A stretch of DNA of 55,085 bases. Source: Trichinella spiralis. Its lineage: Eukaryota. Positions 1 through 14,091 of this stretch are shown piece by piece (the stretch's first letter is position 1; every line of letters begins with the position of its first letter). The position numbers were made by a program, and so were the translations under genes. The DNA lies in the NCBI RefSeq assembly GCF_000181795.1, contig NW_003526941.1, forward strand, positions 3,102,195 through 3,157,279, in the 5' to 3' direction. The notes under the pieces are model-generated. The model worked only from the letters and a program-made list of their open reading frames with translations, was not told the DNA's origin and ran no database searches.

Positions 1-1548
1 ACCATTGATTTTTTTGAAACAGTCTGCACAGCCGAGAATATCTATTCTTTCTCCTACGGTTATTGAAAATTGGAATGGGTTCATGTTTGCCAATGCATCT
101 GGTGGTGGTGGTGGTGGATCACGTTCTCGAAATCAATCTGGTACAAGTCACACAGATTCGGCTAGTCGTCACAGTTCCGCCGTCTGGTCAACGCCTTCAG
201 TAGCTGAGCAGTCTATTTCACATGGTCAACAGCAGTCCAATTTTGGATTGGATCGAAAAAGTGACAATAATTCTATGGACGGATTTGTGCAAATTATTTT
301 AGCTGACCATGCCAAGCAGTTGATTGCCAGCTGTCGACTGTATGATTTGATCGTATTTGCAGATCAGGTTAACTTCAACGTCATTCTGTGGTTAAATCAA
401 CAACGGTAAGCATTTTGTCATCCATCTAGGCATATTGTATTTTTAGAATTGATAAAATTTATCAATATAATTCGTTGATTGTGTTTAGGCATCGTGCAGC
501 GAAAGTTGTGCATTTTCCAACGGCTTTGCGAAGTTTACACTCCGATTTCAGCATTGCCTACCCTTTACCGGATACGAACTTTGATATAAGCTATTTGGGA
601 GCGTCAGCTTTGCAAGATGTCCCTTATTCAGCTGGTAATTGAGCAGATGTGAATGGAATTGATTTTAATATTAGAATTTTTAATTTGAATTTTTGTAGAA
701 TTGTTGGAGACGTCGAATTTGTTGAACGGCAATGGCAACGGTAATATTGGTGACGACGATTTGTCGCTGATTGAATCGCTCAGTCTTGTTGAACCGAAAG
801 GGAAACAGCCATTTGATTCGGCTGCTGCTGGACAGTCGAACGGTTCAGTTGTTGTTGATACGCTAAAGCTGGAACTTTTGGATGGTGAATTGTTGGCAGA
901 TGACGATTCGAAAAGAAAAATTGGCAACGAGCGGATGAGAAAAACGATGCATTTTGTCGAAAGTATTATGATAGAAGCGGCTTGTTTGGATTGGTTGTTG
1001 TTGATTGATTTGGTGTTGCGTGATTTGAGAAATTTTCGGTCATTGTTGTTGATGACCATCTCTTCCACGAACGCAGATGAAATGAAAGCGTTGGACAACG
1101 GTTTGACAGATTTGATTCAGTGGGCTGAGAAGGATTGGTATGTGTATATATTTTTTTCGACTTTTTGATGATTTAATAAGATCATTTAAGTTAAAATTGT
1201 TTTTTGTTTTGTATTTTCAGCTTTGCTTATGTACCGTTTTTTAAAGCTGTTCGTGATGCTTTGCAACATGTGTGTGCCGAACGCTTGGAAGACGATTATT
1301 TCAATATTGGCAATGGGAATTCAGCGACGTCGATGAAATCTGTGGAAAATGCTGCGATTTCTGTTTCGTCGACATTATCTGTACGAGAGTTGGCCATAAA
1401 AAATCTCAGCAAAATTGAATCCAAAGCAGCTTTCAGCGAAACGTTTTCCAGTCGACCTCAGCTCGGACGACATTATGTATCCTCTGTTGAAGATCATTTG
1501 ATAAATCCTGTTTCTCCTTCAGAACATACATCCTGTTCGATGATGTGA
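1..1548 (+). CDS. RIC1: RIC1 (Rab6 GEF complex subunit), 3' part; exons <1-405, 489-634, 699-1137, 1221-1548
   Basis: Phase-consistent GT-AG splicing gives ILADHAKQLIASCRLYDLIVFADQVNFNVILWLNQQRHRAAKVVHFPTALRSLHSDFSIAYP and IMIEAACLDWLLLIDLVLRD, which match the metazoan RIC1 C-terminal region as I recall it. AATAAA at 1729. The 5' part lies outside the window. Confidence 0.8.
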
Positions 1549-2608
1549 TAAGCTCACTTCAGTTTCAGTAATTCCGGTTGTTTGATGCACTGTGCTCATA
1601 TTTGTTGTTTAGTCGAGCTGTTTATTATTGTTAAGCCAAACAGTTGATCCTCTTTCTGTTTCTCTTTTTGTAAAATAATGACATCGTTGCGCATTTATGT
1701 CTTTGGATCTATTTTGTTTTTTTCTTCGAATAAATAATTATGCATGTAAAGTTCTTTTCATTAATTTCTAGAAAGGTTGAATTCCGCTATTAAGAAAAAG
1801 GAAATTTATTTACAATTATGAAATTTCAATTATTCACTTGACAATACATTATGTTTATTGCGTTTATTTTCAGCTTTAATATTTATGCATATTGTATGAG
1901 CGTACGTCTACTGTCGATATATTTACAGTATTACGAGTTCAACAAAGTTCAGATTCGCTGATCGGTTTTGTACAAAAGTTTCGTAGCTGCACTACTACCA
2001 CCGCCAGCCACTACACAACTGCCACTAATCAATTCATATTTATTTCAAAGGTAAGTGAGTTTTGAAGATTTATTTTAAAGGAAGTGCATTTATAAAAATG
2101 TAAGAGAGTGAATGAAATTCAGTAATAGAATGTAAATCAAATGTAAAGTTGGTGACGCTCTAGAATGCATCGAATGTCCCAGAAAATATAGAATATCTCG
2201 CTGAGAGGTTGAGAGGAAAAGATAATTTTCAATACAAACTTCTTCAAGAGACAGAAACGGTATTCAGTTCTACATCTCCCACATGCAAAAACTTCATCAA
2301 TTCAGATTTTCACCGAATCACTTTAGTTAGTATCTGCAATTATTTATGTGAAACGTTGTTTTTTTTCATTAATGTAAGAGAATTTCATTTACTGCAAGAT
2401 GTTTTACGTCTTTGGGAATAGGATGCATATAATTGATTTTTGTAAATGAGTCAAGAGAAATGATAAGAGGTAACGAGGTTATTATAAATGAAGAAATACG
2501 CATAGCATCGGGGAAAATGACGAAAAAAGAATAAGAATTAGGAAAATGCAGTGAATATAGCCTAATCGGAATTGGCAAAGGTTGCGCGTAATTTTGAAAA
2601 CGCGCCAC

Positions 2609-3329
2609 TCACTCGGCCCCTTTGGATGCCTTTTCAGCGTCGTTATCTTCAGTAGTTGCCTGGTTTGCTGCACTGAATGAAGCCATGAAGCCAGCAGAGA
2701 GCAACTGAAATTAAATGTGAATTGTTAAATTGTAAAAACATATATAAATTATTATACAAAATATACTCACCGACTGAGGATTGATAGTGAAGGGCATTGG
2801 TATGGTGATGAACTGTTGCTGCTGAGCGTTGCTGGAATCGGATACAGTCGATGTGCTAGCCGGGAAGCCGGCGAACATAAACTGTGTTTGTCCATTTATA
2901 TCAGTTGTCATGGCGGTTGTTGGAGCCGCATACACAAGTCCAGGTGGAATCTGGTACATCAGGGCTCCATTTGGAGCAATTCCAGCTGTAATAAAAGAAT
3001 TAACATATAATGTTGAATGATAAATAATTGAGAAATTGTTCCTCAGTTCAATTACTTGGAATGAAACCAAAAGATTGCTGCTGCTGTTGACTGCCAGCTG
3101 CAAGATTGTTATTAGGGAGCAAACCTAGAACGCAAATGGAAAAAGAAATTAACCACAGGTTGTATTGCGTGCTTTAACGTTAAATTAACCAGTGAAAGAA
3201 AACACAGGAGTTGTGCCAGAAGCTACATTTGAAGTGCTCGTTGACAATGACGAGTTTGTCGTTTTGACAGCATTTTGCGGACTCAACTGCGATGACGCCG
3301 CACCTTTGCCAGCTTTGCATAATTTTTGT

Positions 3330-3361
<32 letters not shown>

Positions 3362-6300
3362 TTGTTGTCGTTGCTGACCAACTGCACATTTGGAATTTTG
3401 GCCAACAGAAAGCGAAGGTGAGCACAGATCATATTCTATTTCTTCATCGCCTTCGTCGCTTGACTGAAACGCCGCCGCAGTGGCAAAATCCATCTGAGGG
3501 GAATTAGTGAATAATGGAACCGGAGTGACCATAGTTGGTAGATCGTGAGTATAACTGGAACCTAACGAGAACGGCTTTGATGTGCCCTGAAAATATTTGT
3601 TAGTTTTTAATAAGCAGCAGCAGTAATAATATACAGCATAATTATAAGAAAATATCTTCCGGATGAAATATGTCATAAAACATAGAAAAAGGGTTTATGT
3701 AGTAGTCAAAGAAAGGGAAAAGATATTCTGTTATTATTATTATTATTACTGTTATTATGGCTATAAAAATTTGATATACATGTATATCAGGTCAAAAAAA
3801 CAAAATTTGCAATAAACCGACTAAGCGGCAACATCAGTTCCATTGCAACATTGTTTAACATTGAAGGAAAATAAGTGGATGAAAAAGCGTTGGAAAGGTT
3901 CAATTTTTTGGGGCCAACAATAAATGCAAAGGCATTGCATGTGAAAATGAAATCTACATCTGATCTGATAGTCTGTACTACATCTGAACGGGAGATTTTT
4001 TTTCTTTGCTTTTTAGAGCACAATCTCATTTACATACTTATTATTGACACCAATTATGAGATGCTGTAGAATTGGAAACAAAATTACCATTTGTTGTAAA
4101 ATTAATGCAGAAATCTACTTTATAAATGAACAATCAGGGATATGTTATTCTTGAAATTCTCTTTCTTTTACAAATTGACATGATTTCTGATGTGGCAAAT
4201 AATATAACGAATGCTTTTACTCTTAACTTGCTGCTTGCTTTTAACAAAATTCCAAGCAGATTTTGTTGTTGATTTAGATATTTTCTTTTAAAGGAAAAAC
4301 TTATCATAAGGACTGCAAACAAATTTTTTCCTAGTACAACATTCTCGACCAAGAGGCTTTATTTGCAATTTGGTATAATTTTAAATATATAAGCGCGCTT
4401 GCAGTATTGAGCCGTGATTTTTTCCCTCTTCCATTTGACTTTTATTATTTATATGCAGAGCTTTTTTAAAACAATTTGTTGAAAAGCTAAACACAGAATT
4501 GTTGTAAACTGGGCTAAAATAGGTTCTAGTTTTCTGCAACTTATGCTATTAAAAAAATAAAAAAGAAAAAAAATTAAACTATCGCAGCTGAGGATAAATA
4601 AACTACAACGGCAAAGGTAGAGAAAAATTGCACAAATCGAAGAAGAACTTTTCTGATTCAGTGGAAAAGAATGTCGCGCAAAGTTTTTTTCAGAAACAGA
4701 ACAACATTTAATCATTTCCTCACATTGCATGTTAATCAATAAGCAGTTGGATTTAGTGGTGGAGTGTTGTTTTCTGGCATTTGAGATGTCATGTGAGAAT
4801 GGGTTTGTTTGTCTGTTGATTTTCCACTTTTGAAAATATTTTCATCACAAACAACATTTGCATTTGGAATAATACGTAATAAATAAAACACGTAAATTTG
4901 ATGTATTTTGCAATTGTTTTCATAATAATTGATTCACAGAAATGAGAAATATCCAATAATTTTCTTATTTTGCTCTTTTTCGGTGTTCTTTTGCGCGCGT
5001 GCGTTATGTGTTGTATGTATGTTTGTGTATTTTAATTGAATCTATGAAGCAAGCAAGCAAAGCAAGCAGGCTAGCTTCTGCTAGCTAGCTAGCTAGTTGG
5101 TAGCAGTAGTAGTAGTAGTCAGTTTGAGTAAGGAAGACAGCTTTTTGTTAAGCGCTCTCTAGCTAACTTCAAAAGCCGTAACGTCGGCTACTGGTTGTCA
5201 TTATTTCAAGATTACCTCATTGTTTGTCCAAACCAGTCGGCTAGAAAAAGATGCCATCTTCGCTTGTGTATAAACATGCATTGCGCAACATTCTGCGGAA
5301 GCCGAAGAAGCAACGGGAAAATTGTTCTACACTAGCCAACGAGGAGAGTGGTCATTCAGTTTTGTCAGTGAAATTAGACCGGCCCGGCGACAATACAACG
5401 AAACAGAAAAGCACTGGTAAACAGCGGCTAATAAAACTGAAACAGCTTAAAGAGGCGCGCGCCTGCGCTTCTGGTGCCCATTAGTCCACTTCAAATCTAC
5501 CGTGTCCGTAATGTTTGTCCAAGCGGAAAAAGAGTACTACTAGGCATTTGCATTTTGAAACGTCAAACGCATTAGGGAAGACGCGTGTTTCGTGATTGTA
5601 ACGGACAATAATTTTCCGCCCATTCTTTTGCCTGCTTCGACTTTGCTCTATCACTAATTTATGAATTTGTTCCGAACAAGGTGGGATATGTTGTTGCACG
5701 TATGAAGAAGCACTGAAGTTTGGTGTTTTTTTTTCTTACATCATGCCCGCCCGCTGCAAGTGAATAATAAATCAACATTTAAGGCGTTAAGCTTTAAGCG
5801 ATCTACTTTATAAAGAACATTAAAACAGTCCTCAGTGCCAGAAGCAATGAAACACAACTATGGCGCACATGTGTTGAAATTTTTTTGTTGTTTTATTTTT
5901 TTCGAGGGGGGGGATAAACTTCGGCGCCAACTGCGCAATAAGCCAACTGCTTCGGCGGATCAGTAAGAAGTAAGTGTAAAGATGGACCCTCTGTGCAGCT
6001 ATTACGGAGAGGAAATCGACGTAGCGCCTGTCTCTTTGCAAATTGGGGAATTTGAAAATTGAGGAAAAACCAAGCACCTTTCTTGAAGCCAAACAGCATT
6101 CAGCTAACAAATCCAACAAGTGAAAGACAGAGAATATGGAAGAGAGAAGGGGGGATGTGTAAAAAAAACAGAGAGAGAGAGAGAGAGAAGGGAAAATGAG
6201 ATGAATTTTGCTTTTGCCAATTGGCTTCAACTTTTAAGTGTTGTTCTTGCTCTGAAGTTGAGCAAAAAAGTATGCGCAGCTTGCCTTTCGGACAAAAGCC

Positions 6301-9300
6301 GGAAAAAGCGCAGTATAATGCAGCAGCAGGATAATGGACGGCACGAAATTTGACATATTTCATTCAATCAGACCACATGGTTTTGGACTGAACTGGGTAG
6401 AAAAAAAAATAAAACGAAATTGTGAAAGATCGCTTTGCTAATTTCATCCGGTCCATGCGAGTTTTCTTTGGTGGAAAAAGCAATAAAGAGAAGCAGGCAG
6501 TTGGTTGCTTTAAATGAAGAAAATAAAAATGCAAACTTGTCGTTGCAATGGAAAACACGTTCACTGGCATGGAAAAGGTACAAACAGAAGAAAAATTTTC
6601 ACCATCTCACGGCGACGGTCAAGTGGTTTGATCGTTTGGCATGACAAACGGCTGCGTAAGGCAACACCCGAGATGACCGTGCTTAGCATCGGTCAACAGT
6701 GGTCAGCAAGCCGAAAGCTGTGCTAGGCTAGCTGTGGAAAAGAAAAACAAAGCTTCGACTCGAGGGAGCAGACTTTTTCGGGTCAAAAGCGACACAAGCT
6801 CAACTCTGTCTGGTCAAGGAGGCAGTTTTGCACTTGTTCGTGGTGGTCTGGGCTTGGGATTTCCAAACTTAATGGACCATGCATGACGCCCTGACTTGGC
6901 CAACAACACAAGCGCACTGCACGCACCGCGTTAATAAGATTGCTGTTTTCTGTTTGGAAAGATCAGTGTGAGAATCAATCAAATTCTTTTTCCGAAGTAA
7001 ATAACAACAGTTCTACGAAAAGCTGCTTAAGCGAAGCAGTAGTCGTAGTCGTAGTCGTAGTAGTAGTAGTAGTGCTCGGCGAAATTAAACAACACTGTTG
7101 TATTATGCTGAATATTTTTGCAATCTATACAAGGTGAAGTGATGATATTACTAATAAATAAATCATTATACAACAACAACTACGATGAAAAACATTATTA
7201 TCATAAAATCGACATTATATTATTATTTCAATTTCTTATATTTTAAATTCAATATGAAATTCATTACACTGTTGATGATTTCACATGTGAGAGAAAAGGA
7301 ACCCGTTTTCTTTAAAATCTTTTAAAGTCATGCATGGCTTTGTTGTTTATGAATATTAATTTCAACATTTCTTCCTTCACTGATGAATAATTGTCGACAA
7401 TATCAGAAAAACTGCAAAACAACTAAAAATTAGAAACTGATGGCTTCCAGTAATAATATAAGAATAATAACGAGGTCATCTATTAGTCAAAATTTTTGAA
7501 AAAGCCATAAAATGAAAACTTAGCATGTATTGACAAACATATGAATATTACTGCGCGTTTTTGAAGAAATTCAAATTCAGATGTGTTGCACATGCTGCTA
7601 AAGGCAGTTCTAATCGCTGAACGCTTCTGACGCATTCTTTTCTTTGTCGACGTGTTCACTACACCACGTTTAGCTGAAATGTAAAACTGACCATATTTTA
7701 TTGTTGTTGTTATTGGTGGTGCACTTACTGCTGCTGCTTTCGCTTTCACTTAATAAGCAGTTGTTTTTAAAGTTATTTAAAAAACTCAGCAATTAGGAAA
7801 TGAACGTCTAACATGTGTGTTCAGTGGAAAAAACTAAACGAACATAACGCATTTTTGTCATTTTAGAGAAACGGACATGTTTTGTTGTTGATGCTCAGGA
7901 TGATAATTATCTACTGTTGTCTCTTAATTTTGACTTTTAACATTGCAAATCACTTTTGCATCTATCTATCTTCTATCTATATTACTGGAATACTGGATTT
8001 AAGCAATTAGCAACTGATTTGATAAATTTCAATCGAAAGAAAAATAACTGAAATTATCGCTGCGCAGTAGAGATTGGGCTAACTAAATGCAGAAGGAAGG
8101 AGTTGAAGAGACCAACAAGTCGAGCAGAAGAGAAATGAGACCAAACGAATGGACTAAAAGTGGAAATAAGAATGAAAGAAGTAGGAGGAGTAGGAGGCGG
8201 CGAATGCAAGCTATCATCATCAACAAGTAAAGTAAGCTAGCTAAACTAACTAGCTAGCTAGCTAGTCTTTCTTATTTTTCTCTCTGTTTCACTATTTCTA
8301 TTTCATTTTCTCTTCCTCTTTCTGCTCCACTTTTCAGAAGCTATCTATCGCACTTCTTAGTATTCGCTCAATTTTCCTTGGCTAGAATTAAGCACAGCGC
8401 ACAAGAAGGGCAAAATGAAGCATGCTGCGCGTTTTGCACTCAAAAGTAGCAGCCGAGCGTCAGCTGCTGGCCAAGAGGCTTTAACGCATTTTCACGCGCT
8501 TACCAAATACATATATAAATATATTATGTATATATATTATATTATGTATATATAGATATATTTATATCCAACTACCAAACGGAGACGGATATCCGGCCAT
8601 ATGACAAAGTACCAAATGCGTGGGTGGGCAAAATATTATATACGTGTGTGTGTGCGTGAATCGATTCATAAATTACTTACTTTGTAATTCTGTGACACCG
8701 GACGCTTCTGAGCTGCGCCGAGTTTCTGTCCACGGCCGGTTGGGGTTATCAAAGAGCGGAGCTTGCTGCGACGATTTGATGTCGCTGATGTCGATGACGA
8801 TAAGCCGGCAACCGATTCTGAATCAACAACCGTTTGACCGTTGCTTTTTGTCACGGGTGTGGTGGTGGAAGTGAACAACGCACCTTGGCTACTTTCCATC
8901 ATGGTTGCAGATGGAGATGCACCTATTTGTTTTGCAAAATTACAATAAGTACACCAACATGGTGGGATAAAACAAAGTGGGAAAATGAAAAATTGAAATT
9001 GACCAACAGAGGGAGGGGGAAGAAAAAAACAGAGAAGAATAGAAATTAAAAATAAATACCGGCAAGTGTCGAAGGAGGATCAGATGAGTTGAGACATGTT
9101 TGTATTAACGCTTTGCCAGCTTCACTGGTAATCATGGGCTGCAATTTTTTGGTCGCGAACGTGTAGACGTGGCCGGTCTCTGAAGCGACCAACAGCATCA
9201 CTTGTGTCCCTGTCAACGTGGATAGTTCGTAAGCCTAAACAAGCAGCGAATGCAATAATATTTCACAAAAATGGCTGCTTTATTTAATTATATATATATA

Positions 9301-9875
9301 TATATTTTAAAAAATGGAATATCAAATTACTGTATGATTATTATTATTATTATTATCACCTTTTTCATAATGCCGGTTTTGCGTTTACTGAATGTGGTGT
9401 ATCGACGTAATTTGTTATCGATGAATTCCATTTTAATTTTTACTCGACCTTTTGTTTTTTTACCATTGGGTAACAATGGTCTAGTTGGTTTGGCGGAAGT
9501 GGTGGAAGTGATTCCGCTTCCAGTCGGTGCGTACAAGCTGTCGTCCGGCGATTCAGGATTCACAATTTGTACAGACGACGACGGCGAAAGCGAAGCTGCT
9601 GGATCTGTACTTTCGGCATCTTCGTCTTCCATTTTCACCGTCAGCTCGTCGACAGGTGGTTTTTTCGTTTCGACACCTTGATGTCCAATGAGGGAAGTGG
9701 GCGACGCAGCTGGTGCCGATTTGTCATTATCGGTGGGATGCGGATGTTGTCGGTCATCGGAACCGCCTGCCACTGATGACGACGTGCCGTCAAAGCCGAG
9801 GCTGAAATAACTCTCGCCGGGCACCATTTCACCATAATGGTGGCCGACCGACATCGTAGGTATGCCGCTGCTCAT
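2609..9875 (-). CDS. SRF: Serum response factor (MADS-box TF, unc-120/blistered orthologue); exons 9875-9360, 9234-9060, 8922-8681, 3586-3190, 3124-3056, 2985-2771, 2704-2609
   Basis: Exons 1-2 splice to GKKTKGRVKIKMEFIDNKLRRYTTFSKRKTGIMKK|AYELSTLTGTQVMLLVASETGHVYTFATKKLQPMITSEAGKALIQTCLNS, the SRF MADS+SAM core. All junctions are GT-AG and phase-consistent. Joining the Q/S/T-rich 3' exons across the 5.1-kb intron is inferred from phase 0 compatibility only. Confidence 0.9.
3326..3376 (-). repeat. CAA/CAG polyglutamine tract in SRF (QQR-Q14)
   Basis: ttg/ctg trinucleotide run on the + strand, in frame with SRF exon 4. Confidence 0.9.
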
Positions 9876-9935
9876 TGCTTATCGATGAACAACAACTGGC
9901 CGCTTTCTTCGTCAGCTAACCACGCGTGCGCGCAC

Positions 9936-10086
9936 ACCACACGCACACACACACACGCACAGATACACACTACACACGGAGATACACAGATACAAAGACA
10001 GGCACACTACGTTCATGCATACATGCATACACACACACACTCACACACATACATACACACACACACACACACACGCACACACACAA
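9936..10086. repeat. Interrupted (CA)n/(TG)n microsatellite 60-210 bp upstream of the SRF ATG
   Basis: Directly visible cacacaca runs with cata/cgca interruptions. Confidence 0.9.
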
Positions 10087-12832
10087 ACTATAAGGCCGTT
10101 TTCAGTTTCTTCTTTCTTGCCGCTTTGCTCGCCTTCTTGTTCTTTCTATAATGACGTGGCGGCTAAACGCTAGGCGAATTTATAACGGCTAGCGCTCTCT
10201 GTTGACGACATAAAGCGACATCTATTCAATGCCTATAGCCGCTCGCTGCAAGCTACAATCTGGTTTATCATCTTTTGCGATCGTTTAGGAAAAATATATT
10301 GCAATAATTTTAAAATTTTCTTTTTTCAATTTCTTTCACTTATTTTACAATATCTTCTTGTGATTTTATCATATTAATCAATCTATAAATTATGAGAGAA
10401 AATTTTTCCAACGTGACCTAGATTGTTCAAGGGTAATTTGAAGAAAAAAAAGTAATAAATATTGTTGTTCAAGTGAAAAGCTTCACATAGCACATGCATA
10501 TGTGTATGCATATGCTGTTTATGATTTCTTCCAAATATACGAGAGAAACAAGGTTGTCGGATGATTTTCTTTTTATCGATTAGCAAGCAGCCAGTTATCA
10601 CTGCTTTGCACTGGTTTTGTCATTTCCTTCACTCACTCACGTATGCCCCCAAGCATTATGGTTTCATTCCGCAGTGAATATTTTTACAGTAGGCAGTGCA
10701 GGCATCGACTGAGAAAATATTAGCATTTCATTTATTTACAACAGAATCACAATTGGGGCAGTTTCACTCAAAAATCAACGACAACAAAATCAGTAGCTCT
10801 TTTTTCGCTTGTAATAAATAAGCCGTTGCTTTTTCTCTTTCCAAAGCGGCGATGGCTAACTTACACGCATGTACATGAACAGCAGTGTTCATCAGTAGTC
10901 GCATTTATTGATTTTTGCCGATTTACATTTTACCCATGTTGCTTTTCAAGTTCCCTGAAGTGTCTGTTATTTTCTGCTCAAGTGAAAATTTTCTTTTCTA
11001 AAAAGCAAATATTTTTTTCTTCTTCCCCTTACGCATAAGTACACAGTTATTTCCATAATAATAATAATAATAATGGTGGTGGTGGTGGTGGTGGTGGTTA
11101 GGGAAAGATCGGAAATGTGGATCCACTGTTCTCTTTATAAAACATTAAGATTATGCTTTTTCTGTTTTGATGTAAAAATACATCCACTTATTGCTTGGTA
11201 CTGTGATAACTGCATCTTGGATGGAGATGAACATTCGTTTCGATTTGATTGGAGGAAAATTTTCAGCTTCTAGATATTTTAATTTCAATATTTACAATGG
11301 TCAGTCAGATAAAGTGATAAACGAGCGGGGCTAAATTTAGATCACTTGCTGACAGAAATTGGTTATATCATAAATAAACAGTGCAATTTGCAAAAGGTGA
11401 TTTTTGAAAGATGTCAAAATTATGAGAAATGTTTATTATCTGAATTGTTGTCTTTATTTCTGTCTTGTTGAAGTGATGGATTGTATTCAAATTGAACATT
11501 TCAATGAATATGGCTTTTGTTTAATTTTTATCGTCGTTGATATTGGTAGCAATATGATAATTTGTTAAGCAAAAAAAACAAGCATTGCAAAATTTTTATC
11601 ATTTCCGGAAAGAATTTGTGTTTTGTTTTTTTCGAAATGCATTAGTAAATTTGCATGTACATATAAAAGAATGGAAAACAAAAAGTGTGCACTGTTCGTG
11701 CGTGGTTGGTGGTTATGCTTTTGCTATGGATTGGTGAAGTTGTGGGGATACGTCGCATTTCCAATTTCATCCTCCAATTCACAAGGATTAATTTCAAGCA
11801 TTCATTTCAGTTTGACTGAGAATAGTATTTTGTTTTGCTCGTACTTTTGTAACTTTTCTTCTCCCAAGTGGATTAAAATTTTATTCGACAAATTTGTTGT
11901 GTGGAAAAAATTTCAAGTTTAAATGAGCACTTTGGTCGAGTGAATCAAGTTAATTACAGTATACATGTGTAGAATTGTAATTTTTCCAACAGAACAACGC
12001 TGCCAAGATAAGCGGCGAGTTCTATTTCGGTTGGTGTGTTGTGTTTGGCTTGCGCAACCGGGCTGAATCATCGCGGGCGACGATGCAGGGCAAGCTAAGC
12101 TAGGTCGAGTTTGGCTGACGACAGACAGAAGTGGACCGGTTGGCAAGTGTTAAGCAATTGCGGACGGAATTTTGGAAACTAGCCTCTCTGGAAAACCTAT
12201 TTATAGAATTTTAAATTTACAATCACCAAAGGTGATTTGGATTTATGGAAAAAATGCTCTTTTCCAAATTAGCATTCATATAATTCCATAACAGACCACA
12301 AACTTTGTTCTGTTCAAATTATATTGTTCAACAAAAGTGGAATAAGCATAAAAATCAGAACAAGAATTAGTAAAAGTAAAGTAAATAGCTAGTAGCTAGC
12401 TAGGAATAAGACTTTATCCAAGCTAAGAGTAAGAAACACGACGCCACTGTTGTTGAAATTCTTTCCGCGAAAAGAGGCGGGGTTAGTTGTTGTTGTTGAT
12501 GTTGTTTTTGCGGTATTGTTTTTCTGGTTGAAATCGTGGGAGTTGACTAGAAGCATCTTAGTTTCAAGCGTCATTGTCTGGCGTCATTGCAAAGACCCAT
12601 CATCATCATCATCATCGTGTGTCTTATATACGATCATAGCAGATGGCCTGTGCTGAAACGCTTTCGCCATAAATATCCCAATGCCAAGCGTGCGGATGTT
12701 TTGACAATCGGTTGCGTAAACAGATTTTCTGGCCAACATTTCTTCTTAGTATACGTCATTTGGCAATTTTCGTCGCACGGCCAGTCGAATGCTTAAAGCT
12801 TCGGCCAAGGAACCAGCCGGTCCGGCATGCCA

Positions 12833-12863
<31 letters not shown>

Positions 12864-14052
12864 GACATTTGCCCGAGCTGGGCATTTGTATTATTTTTTC
12901 CATCTTTTTGCTTGTTCAACTTCCAACTAGCCGGCTGGCTTGCTGCTATCTAAATAACTCACCACCGCTTGCTTACCAACCAATTGATAATCGAATATGC
13001 TAGTAGTAGTAGTAGATTCATTCCATATTTCTTCTTGTTCATTCCAATTTACCAAAATGCAAAATTTTTTTCTCCAATTTGCAAACTTTAAACTTTTATA
13101 AGAAGCAGCTTGTCAACCAGCCAGACTGATTTTTGTTGATGTTGTTGGACTGTTTTGCTTTTTCCACAGGGTTCGTTTCCATGCAACTTCGTGGTGGAGC
13201 TTTTCTTAAGCAGCATTGTACAATATTTATTATGGGATGTTTTGAAATTCCTCGCGCTAAATGTCAATCAATGCTTGTTGTTAGCAAAAAGAAAAAAAAT
13301 GCTCAACTTCCAGGCACGAATTTGACAAAGCAGGAAAAATTAGAGCCGAAGAGATGGTCGGAAAAGTGTTGTCATTCAAGCTTGGAAATATGGATGACAT
13401 TTCGAGGAAAATGTGGTGGGAAGAAGGGTAAAATGATAAATGTTATTGTTATTTTTAACAAGTTATGTCTAATAGTTCACTTTTTCATTATGCATATATA
13501 TATATATATATATATATGCATAATGAAAAAGTGATAAATATGATGACTTTATATCCGGCAAAATAGCAGGTGTCAGTGGCGTTGAATATTTTCAGCACAT
13601 TAACTACCATGTGACAAATTTGAAATTGGTTTGTTGTGTTGTGAGCGTTTTTCACTAGTCATTTTAATTAATTAATTCGAACGATGAAAACCTGCCATTT
13701 ATTGTTTTTTGGTCGTTTATTGATTTTATCTCAAAGCAAACGCGCATTGTGACATTTGAGAAAAAAACCAAAAAAAACATGGCTACATAGCTTTCAAAAG
13801 TGTGGATGTTCCTTTTTCCATTAATGAATTAAAAGATATTATGATCGTTAATTCATTTCTATATCTGTTTTGATGTGACGTTGACAAGTAGTTTCACTAT
13901 GTGTAAAATTGAATAATCTCCAAGACGGTATTTTTATGCATATTTTGATGGATGCTCTCTATTAATGCACGATTAGAGTGAAAGGAGGATTTTGAGCGCG
14001 TTAAGCTGGTGTTGATCTTCTTCGCTTCGCCAACTGCATAGTTCGCCGACAG

Positions 14053-14087
<35 letters not shown>

Positions 14088-14091
14088 CATT
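14053..14091. repeat. (ATT)n microsatellite
   Basis: About 12 consecutive att units. Similar short SSRs occur at ~6170 (GA), ~7040 (GTA/GTC), ~12833 (ATT) and ~13495 (TA). Confidence 0.9.

Noticed and set aside
628..1098. 156-aa minus-strand ORF
   Set aside because: Antisense shadow of RIC1 exon 3; no independent features.
3192..3377. Poly-Cys ORF on + strand
   Set aside because: Reverse-strand reading of the SRF polyQ repeat.
7483..7749. Possible extra SRF exon inside the long intron
   Set aside because: The nearest acceptor gives phase 1, incompatible with the phase 0 donor at 8681; no recognisable motif.
9837..10151. His/Thr-rich ORF
   Set aside because: Translation of the (CA)n microsatellite.
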